A stretch of DNA of 57,378 bases. It comes from a virus. Taxonomy: Duplodnaviria; Caudoviricetes. The DNA lies in IMG/VR virus record IMGVR_UViG_3300047200_000271, positions 1 to 57,378 of that record. One strand, 5' to 3'. The stretch's first letter is position 1. Each line of letters opens with the position of its first letter. The notes below the pieces were generated by a model. That model made no database searches and was not told the origin of the DNA. It saw only the letters and a list, made by a program, of their open reading frames with translations. Of this stretch, positions 38,814 through 48,760 are shown in pieces. A program made the translations under genes and the position numbers.

Positions 38814-39557
38814 TCATTGTTGCATTATGACTGGGGGTATTGCGTATGGACCACCCGCCTGTCTAAGACCAGCGTCCAATTGCATGTATAATTTCATACG
38901 ACCTTCGTTATACCAATTCTTCCAAAACATTCTATTACCAAGTGTCGGATCATCTACGTTTTTCATGATCAACTTAGTAGCTGCGTAAGATGGAATCATT
39001 TGATTCATTAAATCATCAGGAATAAACGACAAAGATGTACCAGTAGCGTTAGTAATATTAGGTATTCCGTAGCCATAAACAGTCACTGTTGTATCAGTTG
39101 CATTGGAGCAATAGGGGTACAAGCTAACAGAGTAGTTGTCCATCCTGTACCAGTTAGTAATGCCAGTAGAGGTCGCAACTACAGTTGATGCGTAACTCAA
39201 ATCGTTAGCACGTACGCTGGACTCAGAGGCGTGTACTAGCCTGGTTGACCCAACATACGCATCGGTTACAAACCAAATCGAAGAAGTTGCCGGTGTATTA
39301 TTGGCAATAACCATACTCGACAATAAACGGTTTCTAGTGTTTTGTGAAAACAACAAAGACCCAGACACTTGAAACGCAACACATGTGCGACAGATCTCGG
39401 ATACGGCTTCGCCGATGAATCCCCTGATTGTAGTGTCTGATTCATTACCAGCAGAAACAGTGCCGTCACCGGCGCTCACAATTCCCAACGTGGAGTTTGT
39501 TGCCTCGTTAAGCAGCTTGTATGTCTCTGTGGTCAATTGAGCCATTGTGAGGGCCAT
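38814..39557 (-). CDS. Head-tail adaptor-like protein 2
   Basis: Helix / beta / helix layout (LYPY..., IP...YAA.KL) paralogous to the neighbouring gene. Confidence 0.55.
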   Translation of the reverse strand: MALTMAQLTTETYKLLNEATNSTLGIVSAGDGTVSAGNESDTTIRGFIGEAVSEICRTCVAFQVSGSLLFSQNTRNRLLSSMVIANNTPATSSIWFVTDAYVGSTRLVHASESSVRANDLSYASTVVATSTGITNWYRMDNYSVSLYPYCSNATDTTVTVYGYGIPNITNATGTSLSFIPDDLMNQMIPSYAATKLIMKNVDDPTLGNRMFWKNWYNEGRMKLYMQLDAGLRQAGGPYAIPPVIMQQ

Positions 39558-40204
39558 TAGACGGGTCTCCTTGCATAAGTTGCTGCAAACGATTCAACCA
39601 TTCCAAGTCGATCAGTGTATTGAGAATTAAAAATCTGAAAACCTTCAGCGTCTTTAGATTGCATTGCTCGTTGTGCAAGAACACCGTAAACAAGACAGTC
39701 ATGAGCCACCGCAGGTAGTGGACATTCACTAGCGTCTGTCATTGTTTGAGCTACACCATTAGAATCGTACACCCAGTAATCACCAGGAATGGCGTAACCC
39801 TCAATCATAAGACCTTGAGTAATAATTGCTGATGGTGGTGGATACACGGACACTTTATTCATGCCAGTAAACACGGCAATCGTTGGGAATAAAGATGATC
39901 CATCACCGCGAACCATATCAACCTTGCGGTTGTAAGCGTCTAGGATACGCATACGTTGCCAGTCACCGCCGGTGTTTTTAACCTGGACGTTACGTACGCG
40001 ATAAATATCGGGAGCGCAGTAGTCTGATGTATCAGCAGCCAGATCAAGATACCTTCTGCCTGTAAAGCAGTCAGTTGACCTGGCTATCTGATTAGTAGTT
40101 TCGATAATGAGGAGGTCAAGACCAAACGGATCCTGGTCCGATTCCGAACCAAAATAATGCCGTCCAAGAAGACGTATACGCCGTTTGATCTCACCTCTAG
40201 TCAT
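39557..40204 (-). CDS. Head-tail adaptor (T7 gp11 / P22 gp4-like)
   Basis: MTRGEIKRRIR, VYPPP, LP..HD.LVYG.L motifs; follows the capsid genes. Confidence 0.65.
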   Translation of the reverse strand: MTRGEIKRRIRLLGRHYFGSESDQDPFGLDLLIIETTNQIARSTDCFTGRRYLDLAADTSDYCAPDIYRVRNVQVKNTGGDWQRMRILDAYNRKVDMVRGDGSSLFPTIAVFTGMNKVSVYPPPSAIITQGLMIEGYAIPGDYWVYDSNGVAQTMTDASECPLPAVAHDCLVYGVLAQRAMQSKDAEGFQIFNSQYTDRLGMVESFAATYARRPV

Positions 40205-41250
40205 TAGGAATAGGCTCCATCACGGGAAGTAACAATGTCACACCGTACTGTTGCAGTAGGGTTAATTGATGTTCCACTAAATGTACATACCGCAGAAAAA
40301 CGATAGTACTTATAGTTATCTTGCTGGATACCAGATGCATTTGTGGACATGCCAACTGGCGCAACTATTGGTAGAAAGATTTCCCCACCAAAGTTAGGTG
40401 CATTGATTGATACGCTTGTAGATGCGGCTGCACCTTGCACATAGTTATTTGCAGTACCGACACCAGCACTGTCAGCAATTACACGGAAGAAAACAGATGT
40501 TGCAACACCAGTGTTTGCTGCACGGGTGACAACAATATTCTGTCCATCTACAATGGTATATGCAGAACCACCAACGCCATCTAGTCCAGCAGTAAACGTA
40601 CCCTTGATCTGAAATACGTCACCAGGTGCAATAGGCGCAGGAGTTACTTTACTGATTGAGAATGCACCAGTAGTACCAGTAAAGGTAATAGGCGCACCAC
40701 CTGGTGTAGCGGAAAGCGTGATGTTCGACTGTGGAGTTGCGGCAGCTGCTACTGGGGTTGAACTAACTACGTAATACGGTGTACCAGTTGCAAATGGAGC
40801 AGTGGTTGCCGCAAACGTAAACACATCACCCACTACTGCGTATGGCGCAGCAGGGATAGTCGAGTTTCCGTTAGTAAACGTAGGGCTTGACGTTGCGTTT
40901 ACAATATGAGGAATTGTCAAACTCTGTGCAGAGATAGCAAGACTTCCCTGAATGTATACATAATGCGTTTTCAATGCATCTGTATCAGTTGGAAATTGAC
41001 TAACTTGAGTCCATGTGTTTCCATCCTTTGATGCTGATACATGAAAGTGGAAGTTGTATGTACCAGCTGCAATAGGAACAGCAGCGTATGTTGGCTGACT
41101 GAGAATAAACCTAGCCCACAACTGTGAGTGTGTTCCATTTGATCCAAATGGTTCAACACTAACAGTTGGGCTGTAGTACGTAGTAGCACTTACCCAAGGA
41201 GACGGCGCATTAATTAGTGCCGACTGAGTAAGCAAAGCGTCTTTTGCCAT
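40204..41250 (-). CDS. Capsid decoration paralog with inserted domains (348 aa)
   Basis: Shares MA(K/R)DxLL, ASKD..(W/F)..VS..P.D, DNY(K/R)Y(Y/F)R and IV...DG with 41295-41876. Confidence 0.6.
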   Translation of the reverse strand: MAKDALLTQSALINAPSPWVSATTYYSPTVSVEPFGSNGTHSQLWARFILSQPTYAAVPIAAGTYNFHFHVSASKDGNTWTQVSQFPTDTDALKTHYVYIQGSLAISAQSLTIPHIVNATSSPTFTNGNSTIPAAPYAVVGDVFTFAATTAPFATGTPYYVVSSTPVAAAATPQSNITLSATPGGAPITFTGTTGAFSISKVTPAPIAPGDVFQIKGTFTAGLDGVGGSAYTIVDGQNIVVTRAANTGVATSVFFRVIADSAGVGTANNYVQGAAASTSVSINAPNFGGEIFLPIVAPVGMSTNASGIQQDNYKYYRFSAVCTFSGTSINPTATVRCDIVTSRDGAYS

Positions 41251-41262
41251 AATATTCCTTTC

Positions 41263-41290
41263 AAAAAAGGAGAGGGTTTCCCCTCCCCTA
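41263..41290 (-). terminator. Rho-independent terminator after the capsid/decoration genes
   Basis: Minus strand GGGGAGGG-GAAA-CCCTCTCC-TTTTTT. Confidence 0.8.
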
Positions 41291-41294
41291 TATA

Positions 41295-41876
41295 TTAGAT
41301 ACCGCCGTCTTTTGCGTTAACAATCGCACCACTAATAGTGGCTGATAGTTGCCAAGACGAACCAGCTGGAGCGTTGTTTGTACCAGTACCAAGAACGCGA
41401 GTCATAATTCGCACTCTGAAATATCGGTAATTATCTTCTGCCGCACCACTAGCGTTTTGTGAGATTGTTCCAGCAGGTGCGTACAACGGTACAAACACTT
41501 GACTCGAACTATCTCCACTAATAGTGGTAGCAGTAGCATAAGCAATCTTCAACGCGGCTACATCAACTGGAAGCGTTGAAACAACACTAAAGTTGACGTT
41601 ATCCTTACTTGCTTCAACAAGTGGAATAACTGTCCAATAATCGCCAGTACCACCACCAGTTACAGCCGTTGCGTTAACGTTGATCTTGACAAATAACTCA
41701 GAACGATTGTTCTGTCCGCCAATAGCACCAAGATCAACAACTGCTGAACCTGCGTTTAAAAGCAAGTTTGTAGTACCAGTTGAATAACCAGTAGTTGCAG
41801 TAATTGTCGGAGCCGCCAACGTACTTGCGAGAGATAACGTCAGTGAACCAAAGTTGAGAAGAAAATCTCTTGCCAT
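41295..41876 (-). CDS. Capsid cement/decoration protein (Bbp16-like jelly roll)
   Basis: Directly after MCP; D.LL N-terminus, VVDLG, RYFRV, ISGAIV. Confidence 0.6.
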   Translation of the reverse strand: MARDFLLNFGSLTLSLASTLAAPTITATTGYSTGTTNLLLNAGSAVVDLGAIGGQNNRSELFVKINVNATAVTGGGTGDYWTVIPLVEASKDNVNFSVVSTLPVDVAALKIAYATATTISGDSSSQVFVPLYAPAGTISQNASGAAEDNYRYFRVRIMTRVLGTGTNNAPAGSSWQLSATISGAIVNAKDGGI

Positions 41877-41886
41877 CAGTTACTCC

Positions 41887-42936
41887 TTATGCAACCTTGA
41901 TGTTGTAGACACGTCCTACAGCACGTACGTGAGGCATCCAAAGACCAACACCCCAGTCAAAAACGATGTTGTGAAGAACGCCATTTTCCTTAGAAAGACC
42001 AAGGTAGGTTGGCTTGAATGGGCCTGACTGCCATCCTGTTGCGTAGCCGGAGCCATAGCGAACAGCATAGATGGATTCAAGACCAGTAGCCGTTGTTGCT
42101 TCAACACCAGCTGCTGTTTCATCCTTAAGGACGTGAGTCACACCATCTACACGACGGCCTACAGAGCGAACGGTTGCAGCCTTGTACTTCTCAACAGGTC
42201 GATCGAAGGAATCCTTCGTAATATCAAATCCTGCGCCGATGCCCATGTTACGGATGGCCCACTCAATACGACGCTTGAGACGCTCTGATACGTAAAGAAC
42301 CACGCCATCTCCATCGGGACTGTTCATGTTGTCAAGCAGTTGCTGGATGTACAGCATCATGTTGTTAGCAATAGCAGAAGCAGAGGTAGCTGTCGTAAGG
42401 TCAGTACCAGCGGCATTTACAGACATTTCACCAGGGATATCAAACTGGTCTGGGTTAGCTAGACGATAACGAAGTCCAGGGAAACAATCGACATCACCGC
42501 TTGCAGCGGTGGGGTCATTGTTTATGAATTTCGTATTGAAGTCATAAGCAAACGACTCCATGAAGATCTGAACCTGTGCTTCAATTGGATCAACAATGTT
42601 ATTGGGCTGATCAAGAAGTACGTGGTCAATCTGAATCTTGTTACGGATCAGATACATAGATTCTTCGTACTGCTTTGGTTTACCCTTGCTGACTGTCGGC
42701 TCTTCGTTAACCGTTGCCCAGTTAATCGTAGGTAGCGAGCCCTGTTGGTTCGTAAACCGTACGCCAACCTGACGCAGCGATGGCGAAGATGTCAGAGGAA
42801 TATCCTTAAGCGCATTCCACGTTTTATGAAGTGCCTTTGTAATTTCCTTGACAAGAGGGTCGTTAGAGATGATTGCCTGATCGGCGAGAGTTAGTGCCTG
42901 TGTATCAAGCAGGACTGCTCCAGATGCGATTGCCAT
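41887..42936 (-). CDS. Major capsid protein (HK97 fold, BPP-1 Bbp17-like)
   Basis: 349 aa after the scaffold; LTLADQA, W..VNE, KFIN.D....FPGL..RL, IYAVRYG, AVGRVYNI; SD AAGGA. Confidence 0.85.
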   Translation of the reverse strand: MAIASGAVLLDTQALTLADQAIISNDPLVKEITKALHKTWNALKDIPLTSSPSLRQVGVRFTNQQGSLPTINWATVNEEPTVSKGKPKQYEESMYLIRNKIQIDHVLLDQPNNIVDPIEAQVQIFMESFAYDFNTKFINNDPTAASGDVDCFPGLRYRLANPDQFDIPGEMSVNAAGTDLTTATSASAIANNMMLYIQQLLDNMNSPDGDGVVLYVSERLKRRIEWAIRNMGIGAGFDITKDSFDRPVEKYKAATVRSVGRRVDGVTHVLKDETAAGVEATTATGLESIYAVRYGSGYATGWQSGPFKPTYLGLSKENGVLHNIVFDWGVGLWMPHVRAVGRVYNIKVA

Positions 42937-42949
42937 TTGTTTCTATTCC

Positions 42950-43852
42950 TTATAGAGTTCCACGGCCCCGCTGAATTCCAAGTAACGCTGCAAAACCAGA
43001 TGGGCGATTTTGTCCACCACCACCAGTTGGGCCCATACGAGCTGCTTGCCCCTGACTCATTGGTTGCGGTGTTCGCTGCTGCTTTTTGATGCGACTTGTG
43101 ATCTCAGGGACCATTGCCTGTGTCAATGTGCGTACTTGTTCGTGTACAGCTTGGGCCGCATAAACTGGATCAACACCAGCTTGGATCAAGTTGTCAACCA
43201 ACACTTCTGCACGAGCTGCCAGTGGATATGCTTGAAAAGCAGCTTCACGCTGCTGGTACATCATATATTCCTGGACTTGTTGCATCTGCCGTTCATAACC
43301 CATGCGAGCTGATTCAGCTTCATACTGGGCTTCTGCGACGGCTGGATCCAACAGTTGCGAATCTACGAGTTGTTGATATCGCTGACGAACCGCTTGGTCT
43401 TCTGCTGCTTGTCGTTGTTGTTCAAGTGCAGCATCTACCTGCGATGCGTCGGTGTATCCCTGTTGCTCAAATTGTTCGATAACGCGACCCCATTTCTGGA
43501 GTTTCGTTTCATATTCCTCTGCTTGTCGGGCTCGCTCGTTTACCTCGCGGAACCTTTCATATGGCACAGGGTTAGGTTGCTCTGAATAAGCGTCCTGTTG
43601 CGAGTGATGTGGTTCGGATTCTACGCCAAGAATGTCATTGACAATATCGTCGTAGTTTTCGTCTTCACCGTCACCGTACTCGTCGAACTGATCCGCATCT
43701 TGACCTGCTTGCTCGCTTATCGCCCATTGCGAGTTATCATCAGAACCGGCGGCGTTCTGAATAAAGTCTGATACAGCGTTCCCCAAACCACCTGTCTCGC
43801 CCATCGCTACGGCTGATGAATCCGTAGTTCGTGTCATCATCTCTTCAGGCAT
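42950..43852 (-). CDS. Capsid scaffolding protein
   Basis: Acidic N-terminus, VPYERFREVN motif, coiled coil; between portal and MCP. Confidence 0.8.
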   Translation of the reverse strand: MPEEMMTRTTDSSAVAMGETGGLGNAVSDFIQNAAGSDDNSQWAISEQAGQDADQFDEYGDGEDENYDDIVNDILGVESEPHHSQQDAYSEQPNPVPYERFREVNERARQAEEYETKLQKWGRVIEQFEQQGYTDASQVDAALEQQRQAAEDQAVRQRYQQLVDSQLLDPAVAEAQYEAESARMGYERQMQQVQEYMMYQQREAAFQAYPLAARAEVLVDNLIQAGVDPVYAAQAVHEQVRTLTQAMVPEITSRIKKQQRTPQPMSQGQAARMGPTGGGGQNRPSGFAALLGIQRGRGTL

Positions 43853-43881
43853 TAAAACAAGTTCTCCTTATTCTAGCACAC

Positions 43882-46089
43882 CTATTTTTTAGATTTCGCC
43901 ACTGCTGGCTTTGTAGGTTGTGCGTTCTCCTGACCACTGCCCCCAGTGATCATGTCTTTACTTAGGTCGGCAATTTGCTTCGCTGCGTATTCATTGTTGG
44001 TTAGTTCAGACTTCTGTGCTTGTTTTTGCATGTCAAATTGACCTTGCATCTGCATCATCTGTGCCTGTTTCTCCATATCAAGCTGAGCCTTCATTTGTTC
44101 AGCTTCAGGGTTAAACATCTTCTGTTGCTCAAGTTGCATTTGCATTTGTTGCATCTGTTGTGCTTGCTCTTGCATTCCCTGCTGCTTTGCTTGCTGCATT
44201 GCGAGGTTCTGTAATATGTCAGACGTTTCTGGTAACTGAAGCATTCGTATTACAAGAGCATTAGTTTCTGGATCCTGCGGATCTCCGAACAGACCCATCT
44301 GCCGGAGTAAAACAATTTTCTGTAACTTCTGATCATCGGATTCACGTTGTGATGAACCTGGGATGTATACAACTCGGTATTGTCCACCATCACGAATGCT
44401 GTCAAACGTAATGATGCCTTGTTGGATCTCGTTCTTAGGATTGACCTGATCATCAACAGAGCCAATAAACGGGGCAACTGCAAACTGATCTACCAGTGCA
44501 ATCTCCCACTCTTTGATGCGAGCAATCGACGCTTCTATATCCGCACGGACAAACGAGTGTTGTGTATTATCTGCACGTTGTAACAACCTAACGGATTCAG
44601 CTGGAGTTCCGGCAGCCGCTTGACCTTGACTTACATCATGTAGTCCAGCAACATCCATCATGTCTTTTTCAAGCACTTGAAGGAATGGGAACAAATCTGC
44701 ACTAATTCCAGGAGCCCGTTGAATTTGCGGTGGGTGACTTCCACGGTCGTAATAAATCTTGCGATAGATACGCCCCTTATCATCAATGTCTTCAGCTGCT
44801 TGATCAAACGCATCTGCACCAACACGAGATAACCGCTCAACCATTACATAGTCTTTGTTTTGTTCAAACTGTTCCAAAGCCCTAGAATAGATACGGTTAT
44901 ACGATTGCTGAAGCGGACAAAGATCAAAGCCAAGGCTATGTCCGTACGGAGTTCCGCTTCGTGGTTGCCAACGTAACGGTATAAAAGGGAAATCATCTTT
45001 CTTCTTGTAAGGCCAATCACCAGCATAAAGCAATGCTCGGTTAGTACTTACAATGTAACGTCCTTCTGGATATTGTGCAGTAGGTTTTTCCCAATACTCA
45101 TAAACAATAGCAGCATGTTTCTTGCTGTCTACATTGTTCAAACGAGCCGATGAAGGTTGCACCCATCCGTTACCAGATCCGTTTGCACCTTCTAGATATG
45201 CGTCAACGTACCCAGCATTTTGTCCAGCTATAGCATCTGCGCGAACAGCTTTGCCAGCATCGCCATAATTATCAACAAACCACGATAGAGGTTTAATGGA
45301 TGCATGAATAACCCAACGGATGTCATGATCTCGTTGCGCTGTAGGATCCAACAGGATGTTGAAACAGGGGACAATTTCTTCCTCTACATCTCCAAGTGGC
45401 AAAGATTCGTACGCAGTAATTTCACCTGTAGACATATCACGTAGTGGCATGACTACTTCAGATTTAGCGTTCCAATAAACTTTTATAAACGATGTCCCTG
45501 TAACGCATGCCCACCGAACACGTTCTTTAGTTTGCGTTTCTCGGTCAAACTTCCTAGTATAGTGCCCAGCAATAAAGTTAGCTTCGTCACTAGCTTGTTG
45601 ATCTTTAGGGTTCATTGACAACGGAACGGCACGGCAATCCGGAGCAACTTGAGTAAGTTTACCTACTACGCCATCTATGAGTGGCCTCATCTTATTGACT
45701 GTTATATATCGGTTAGCTTCAGCTGGGTTTTGTAATTGAACAAGGTTACGTGTTTGGCTATTGATACGAAACCATTGCCGTCCCTCAAAAAACGCCAATG
45801 CTTGCGCCCATTCAAGTTCCATTTCCTGGCGAGCTCTGTATGCTGTGTCAAATTGCTCTCGTACGTAATTGTATAAACGTACTGCTTCTTCAGGTTGTTC
45901 TTTAGGGTCTACACTCCATTGATTACCTTCATGGTCAAGCGTAAGGTCTTCTTTGTTTGTAAGATTTAAGTTGCCTGTTGGAAAAGAACCAGGCGTACCA
46001 GTATTGTTTTGTTTCTTTAGTGCCAAGACACGCGATTTCATATTAGGTGCGCCAGGAAGACCACCCATTCCGTTAATGTCTGGAGCCAT
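43882..46089 (-). CDS. Portal protein (P22-like)
   Basis: 735 aa after TerL; FFEGRQW, NKMRP.ID, GTSFIKVYW, YEYW, DVAGLHDVSQG; Q/M-rich C-terminal coil. Confidence 0.9.
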   Translation of the reverse strand: MAPDINGMGGLPGAPNMKSRVLALKKQNNTGTPGSFPTGNLNLTNKEDLTLDHEGNQWSVDPKEQPEEAVRLYNYVREQFDTAYRARQEMELEWAQALAFFEGRQWFRINSQTRNLVQLQNPAEANRYITVNKMRPLIDGVVGKLTQVAPDCRAVPLSMNPKDQQASDEANFIAGHYTRKFDRETQTKERVRWACVTGTSFIKVYWNAKSEVVMPLRDMSTGEITAYESLPLGDVEEEIVPCFNILLDPTAQRDHDIRWVIHASIKPLSWFVDNYGDAGKAVRADAIAGQNAGYVDAYLEGANGSGNGWVQPSSARLNNVDSKKHAAIVYEYWEKPTAQYPEGRYIVSTNRALLYAGDWPYKKKDDFPFIPLRWQPRSGTPYGHSLGFDLCPLQQSYNRIYSRALEQFEQNKDYVMVERLSRVGADAFDQAAEDIDDKGRIYRKIYYDRGSHPPQIQRAPGISADLFPFLQVLEKDMMDVAGLHDVSQGQAAAGTPAESVRLLQRADNTQHSFVRADIEASIARIKEWEIALVDQFAVAPFIGSVDDQVNPKNEIQQGIITFDSIRDGGQYRVVYIPGSSQRESDDQKLQKIVLLRQMGLFGDPQDPETNALVIRMLQLPETSDILQNLAMQQAKQQGMQEQAQQMQQMQMQLEQQKMFNPEAEQMKAQLDMEKQAQMMQMQGQFDMQKQAQKSELTNNEYAAKQIADLSKDMITGGSGQENAQPTKPAVAKSKK

Positions 46090-46229
46090 TATAAGTACTG
46101 ATCCCTAAGTTTTTCATACGCATCTTGTTGCCAAGACCTTAAACGAATTGAGTGTAAATTCCACCAACAAAGCCCGGAAAATACAGCACAAGTAAGCAAT
46201 AGCAGTATTTGGATAATATCACTGAGCAT
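46089..46229 (-). CDS. Small membrane protein (46 aa) between TerL and portal
   Basis: Not in the ORF track; MLSDIIQILLLLTCAVFSGLCWW...; TAATG overlaps on both sides. Confidence 0.75.
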   Translation of the reverse strand: MLSDIIQILLLLTCAVFSGLCWWNLHSIRLRSWQQDAYEKLRDQYL

Positions 46230-47962
46230 TAGACAAACCCGTCATCCTTATCTTTGTTCATCCACGTAGGTGTCCAAGGTTTAATCTTATGAGTTTCTGG
46301 GCATGTTACAGGAAACTCACGCCACATTACACCGTACCTAAAAGAGTCAAGCGCGTGGTCAGATTTAGTACCAGCATCAAGATCTTCTGGGTCACGAGGA
46401 TCAGACATAGCAACTTCTAGTTCACGAATCAAGTTAGGGCATGTACTTCGTAAAATGCGTATTCTAGGATAGACAACACCATTTGTAACACGTTTACCAG
46501 CCAGCCATTCCATGACTCGCCTCCAACCAGCCTTACGGTCTTTTACAGCCCTTACAGCGGGAAGGTTGCGTCTCCACCATATTTCAACAGGGTACTCACC
46601 AATGCGTTGATCACCACGTTCAGGAGGGAAGGTATTAGCCCAGTCAAATGCTATCGCCTCAAGTTTTGTGTTCCAAGGTCCGTCTAAATTGTTTTTATTT
46701 ATTGGAGATGCGTAACCTCGTGTTTTTAGTTTTTGTATTACATCTTCAGCTTGTTTACTTGAAACACGACCAGCTTCATATATCTCATCAAACACGTAGA
46801 TGTCTTCGTTCTCATCTGATGCGTAAAATAATGTAGCTGCTGGTGCTGCTGTACCAAAGTCATGACTTGCCCATATACGCCACCAAGGTTTAATGTCCAA
46901 TTGATCAACAACATGCCAAGGTTTTCCAGATGAATCAAACTGTTTGAAGTCAGGAAATAATCGGCCACCTACTCCAACTTCATGTTGACATTCACGTAAG
47001 AACGAAATGATTCCGTAGTCATCAATTTCTCTTTGACAAACTTCAAGATTTTTATGCGCCCAAGTTGCAGTGCCACTAGTGATTTTATATCCAGTGCGTT
47101 TATCTTCACGTTCAAACGGCTCGTATGTTAGGCCCTCTAGCGCAGGAACAATAGGTGATTGAACACGATGTTGAAGCATGTCCAGTTCACCGGACAACGT
47201 CTGAGACATTACGCTATTAGCGTGGATCTTGTTTTGAACAAAAACTATCGCGCAGTCGGTTGACTTTGCTGGCAGGATAGTCTGGGTGATTGTCGCAATC
47301 TTCTTTTCAACGCGATTAACACTGTCATCAAGCTCATCAATGTCGTCAAGGATGATGAAATCAGGACGAAGGTGGTCAAGTTTGACGCCTCTTGCGCCGG
47401 TGTCAAGGCCAAACGCCAAAACGTTAAACCCATTAGCAGTCCTAAGCTTAGACGCATTCCAACCTTTGCTAAAGCCATAACGGTTAAGTGCCCTTTCAAT
47501 CCCGCATCGTTCCATAGCGTGTGCTATGTCAGATACGTGGCGGTCAGCTGCTTCTTGAGTACTACAAACGTATAGCAGAAAGCGACGTGTACCCTTAACG
47601 GCTATACGAGCAGCAATGTGTTCCATGGTAGTGGACTTGCCTCCACCACGAAACCAACACTCAATAAGAGCCGGTGGAGGTGTACCTGGGCTAATGCTTT
47701 CAGCCCACTCCCAAGCACGTTCGTGATGAGTACCCATATCTGAAGACATAGCGTGTGGTGCAAATGTACGCAGCCAGGTTTTATAATCTAACGATGCGCC
47801 GTCTATTGGGAAAGCCTTACCACTATCGTAGTCCCCCGTTTTTATTACTTCACCAATCTGTGCATTAAGTGCTTCAAGTAATGCAACCGCTAATGGTTTA
47901 TCTGACTGAGTAAAACGCCTAAACTCTTTTGGGGTGGACCTATACGCTTGTGACTTGGACAT
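46229..47962 (-). CDS. terL: Terminase large subunit
   Basis: Walker A FRGGGKST, Walker B IILDD, nuclease SHDFG and DHALDSFRYG. Confidence 0.92.
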   Translation of the reverse strand: MSKSQAYRSTPKEFRRFTQSDKPLAVALLEALNAQIGEVIKTGDYDSGKAFPIDGASLDYKTWLRTFAPHAMSSDMGTHHERAWEWAESISPGTPPPALIECWFRGGGKSTTMEHIAARIAVKGTRRFLLYVCSTQEAADRHVSDIAHAMERCGIERALNRYGFSKGWNASKLRTANGFNVLAFGLDTGARGVKLDHLRPDFIILDDIDELDDSVNRVEKKIATITQTILPAKSTDCAIVFVQNKIHANSVMSQTLSGELDMLQHRVQSPIVPALEGLTYEPFEREDKRTGYKITSGTATWAHKNLEVCQREIDDYGIISFLRECQHEVGVGGRLFPDFKQFDSSGKPWHVVDQLDIKPWWRIWASHDFGTAAPAATLFYASDENEDIYVFDEIYEAGRVSSKQAEDVIQKLKTRGYASPINKNNLDGPWNTKLEAIAFDWANTFPPERGDQRIGEYPVEIWWRRNLPAVRAVKDRKAGWRRVMEWLAGKRVTNGVVYPRIRILRSTCPNLIRELEVAMSDPRDPEDLDAGTKSDHALDSFRYGVMWREFPVTCPETHKIKPWTPTWMNKDKDDGFV

Positions 47963-48737
47963 CTGCCTCACCTACAATCTCAGCGTCTTGAATCTCAACC
48001 TCTTGATCAGCATGATGCATACGCAGTAACTTATTAATACCACTTTGTATAGCAACAAGTTCGTCTGCATCGCGGATCGATGTTTTTACAACTTCTACAA
48101 TCTGCATAACTAACATAAATGCTTGATCTGCCTCAAGTGTATAAGCCTTGGTTTGCATAATACGTTGTTCAGCTTCTACCAAGTCAGAACGACGAGCAAT
48201 AAGATCAATGACGTCTTTACTTGCAGCATACTCATCCATGCGCTCATCTAATAAATCACCAATCTGCTCAAACGCATCAATAAAGTCAGGACTGCCTAGC
48301 TTTGATTTAGCTAATGAGTAAGCGGCCTCAACTTTACGATACTGTTCTAAACCTACGCCTTCAGCAGCAGCTTCAGCGCGTGTGTCCATTAACGCTGTTA
48401 TGTAAGCGGTGTCGTCTCGAAGAGAAAACAGATCAGGGTCATCTCGATAGTTATCTACTTTTTCTAATAGGTCTTTACCAATGCGCTTAAATCTTTTTCG
48501 TTCTTTTTGGAACAAGTGAGCTAAATACTGTGGCTTTTCTGCTTTTTGTAAAGCTTGTGATCCATGAGCCGTACAGTATTGACTACCTGTTAAAGCTGGG
48601 TTTTTACAGTTGCGTTTTTGATTTCCGTCCATGACAAACGCAGCGCAGCACTTAACGTATTTGCCAAATGTTTTTCTGTATAACCCATCTGAACGTTCAA
48701 TGAACATAGGGTCATCTACGTTTTGCGAGTCTATCAT
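47940..48737 (-). CDS. Terminase small subunit-like protein with N-terminal Zn finger
   Basis: C..C.NPAL.G..YC.AHG motif; helical body; directly upstream of TerL. Confidence 0.55.
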   Translation of the reverse strand: MIDSQNVDDPMFIERSDGLYRKTFGKYVKCCAAFVMDGNQKRNCKNPALTGSQYCTAHGSQALQKAEKPQYLAHLFQKERKRFKRIGKDLLEKVDNYRDDPDLFSLRDDTAYITALMDTRAEAAAEGVGLEQYRKVEAAYSLAKSKLGSPDFIDAFEQIGDLLDERMDEYAASKDVIDLIARRSDLVEAEQRIMQTKAYTLEADQAFMLVMQIVEVVKTSIRDADELVAIQSGINKLLRMHHADQEVEIQDAEIVGEADVQVTSV

Positions 48738-48760
48738 CACGCAAGTATACTACCTGCATG
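48735..48760. promoter_or_regulatory. Symmetric bidirectional leaderless promoter
   Basis: CAT-6 nt-AGTATACT-6 nt-ATG: TATACT on each strand lies exactly 6 nt from an ATG. Confidence 0.75.

Noticed and set aside
33950-42936. Diversity-generating retroelement, considered because of the BPP-1-like capsid genes
   Set aside because: No reverse transcriptase and no near-identical TR/VR pair; stalk similarity is protein-level and not adenine-specific
43882-44210. Gln/Met-rich portal C-terminus as a novelty
   Set aside because: Q-rich coiled-coil barrels are common in P22-like portals
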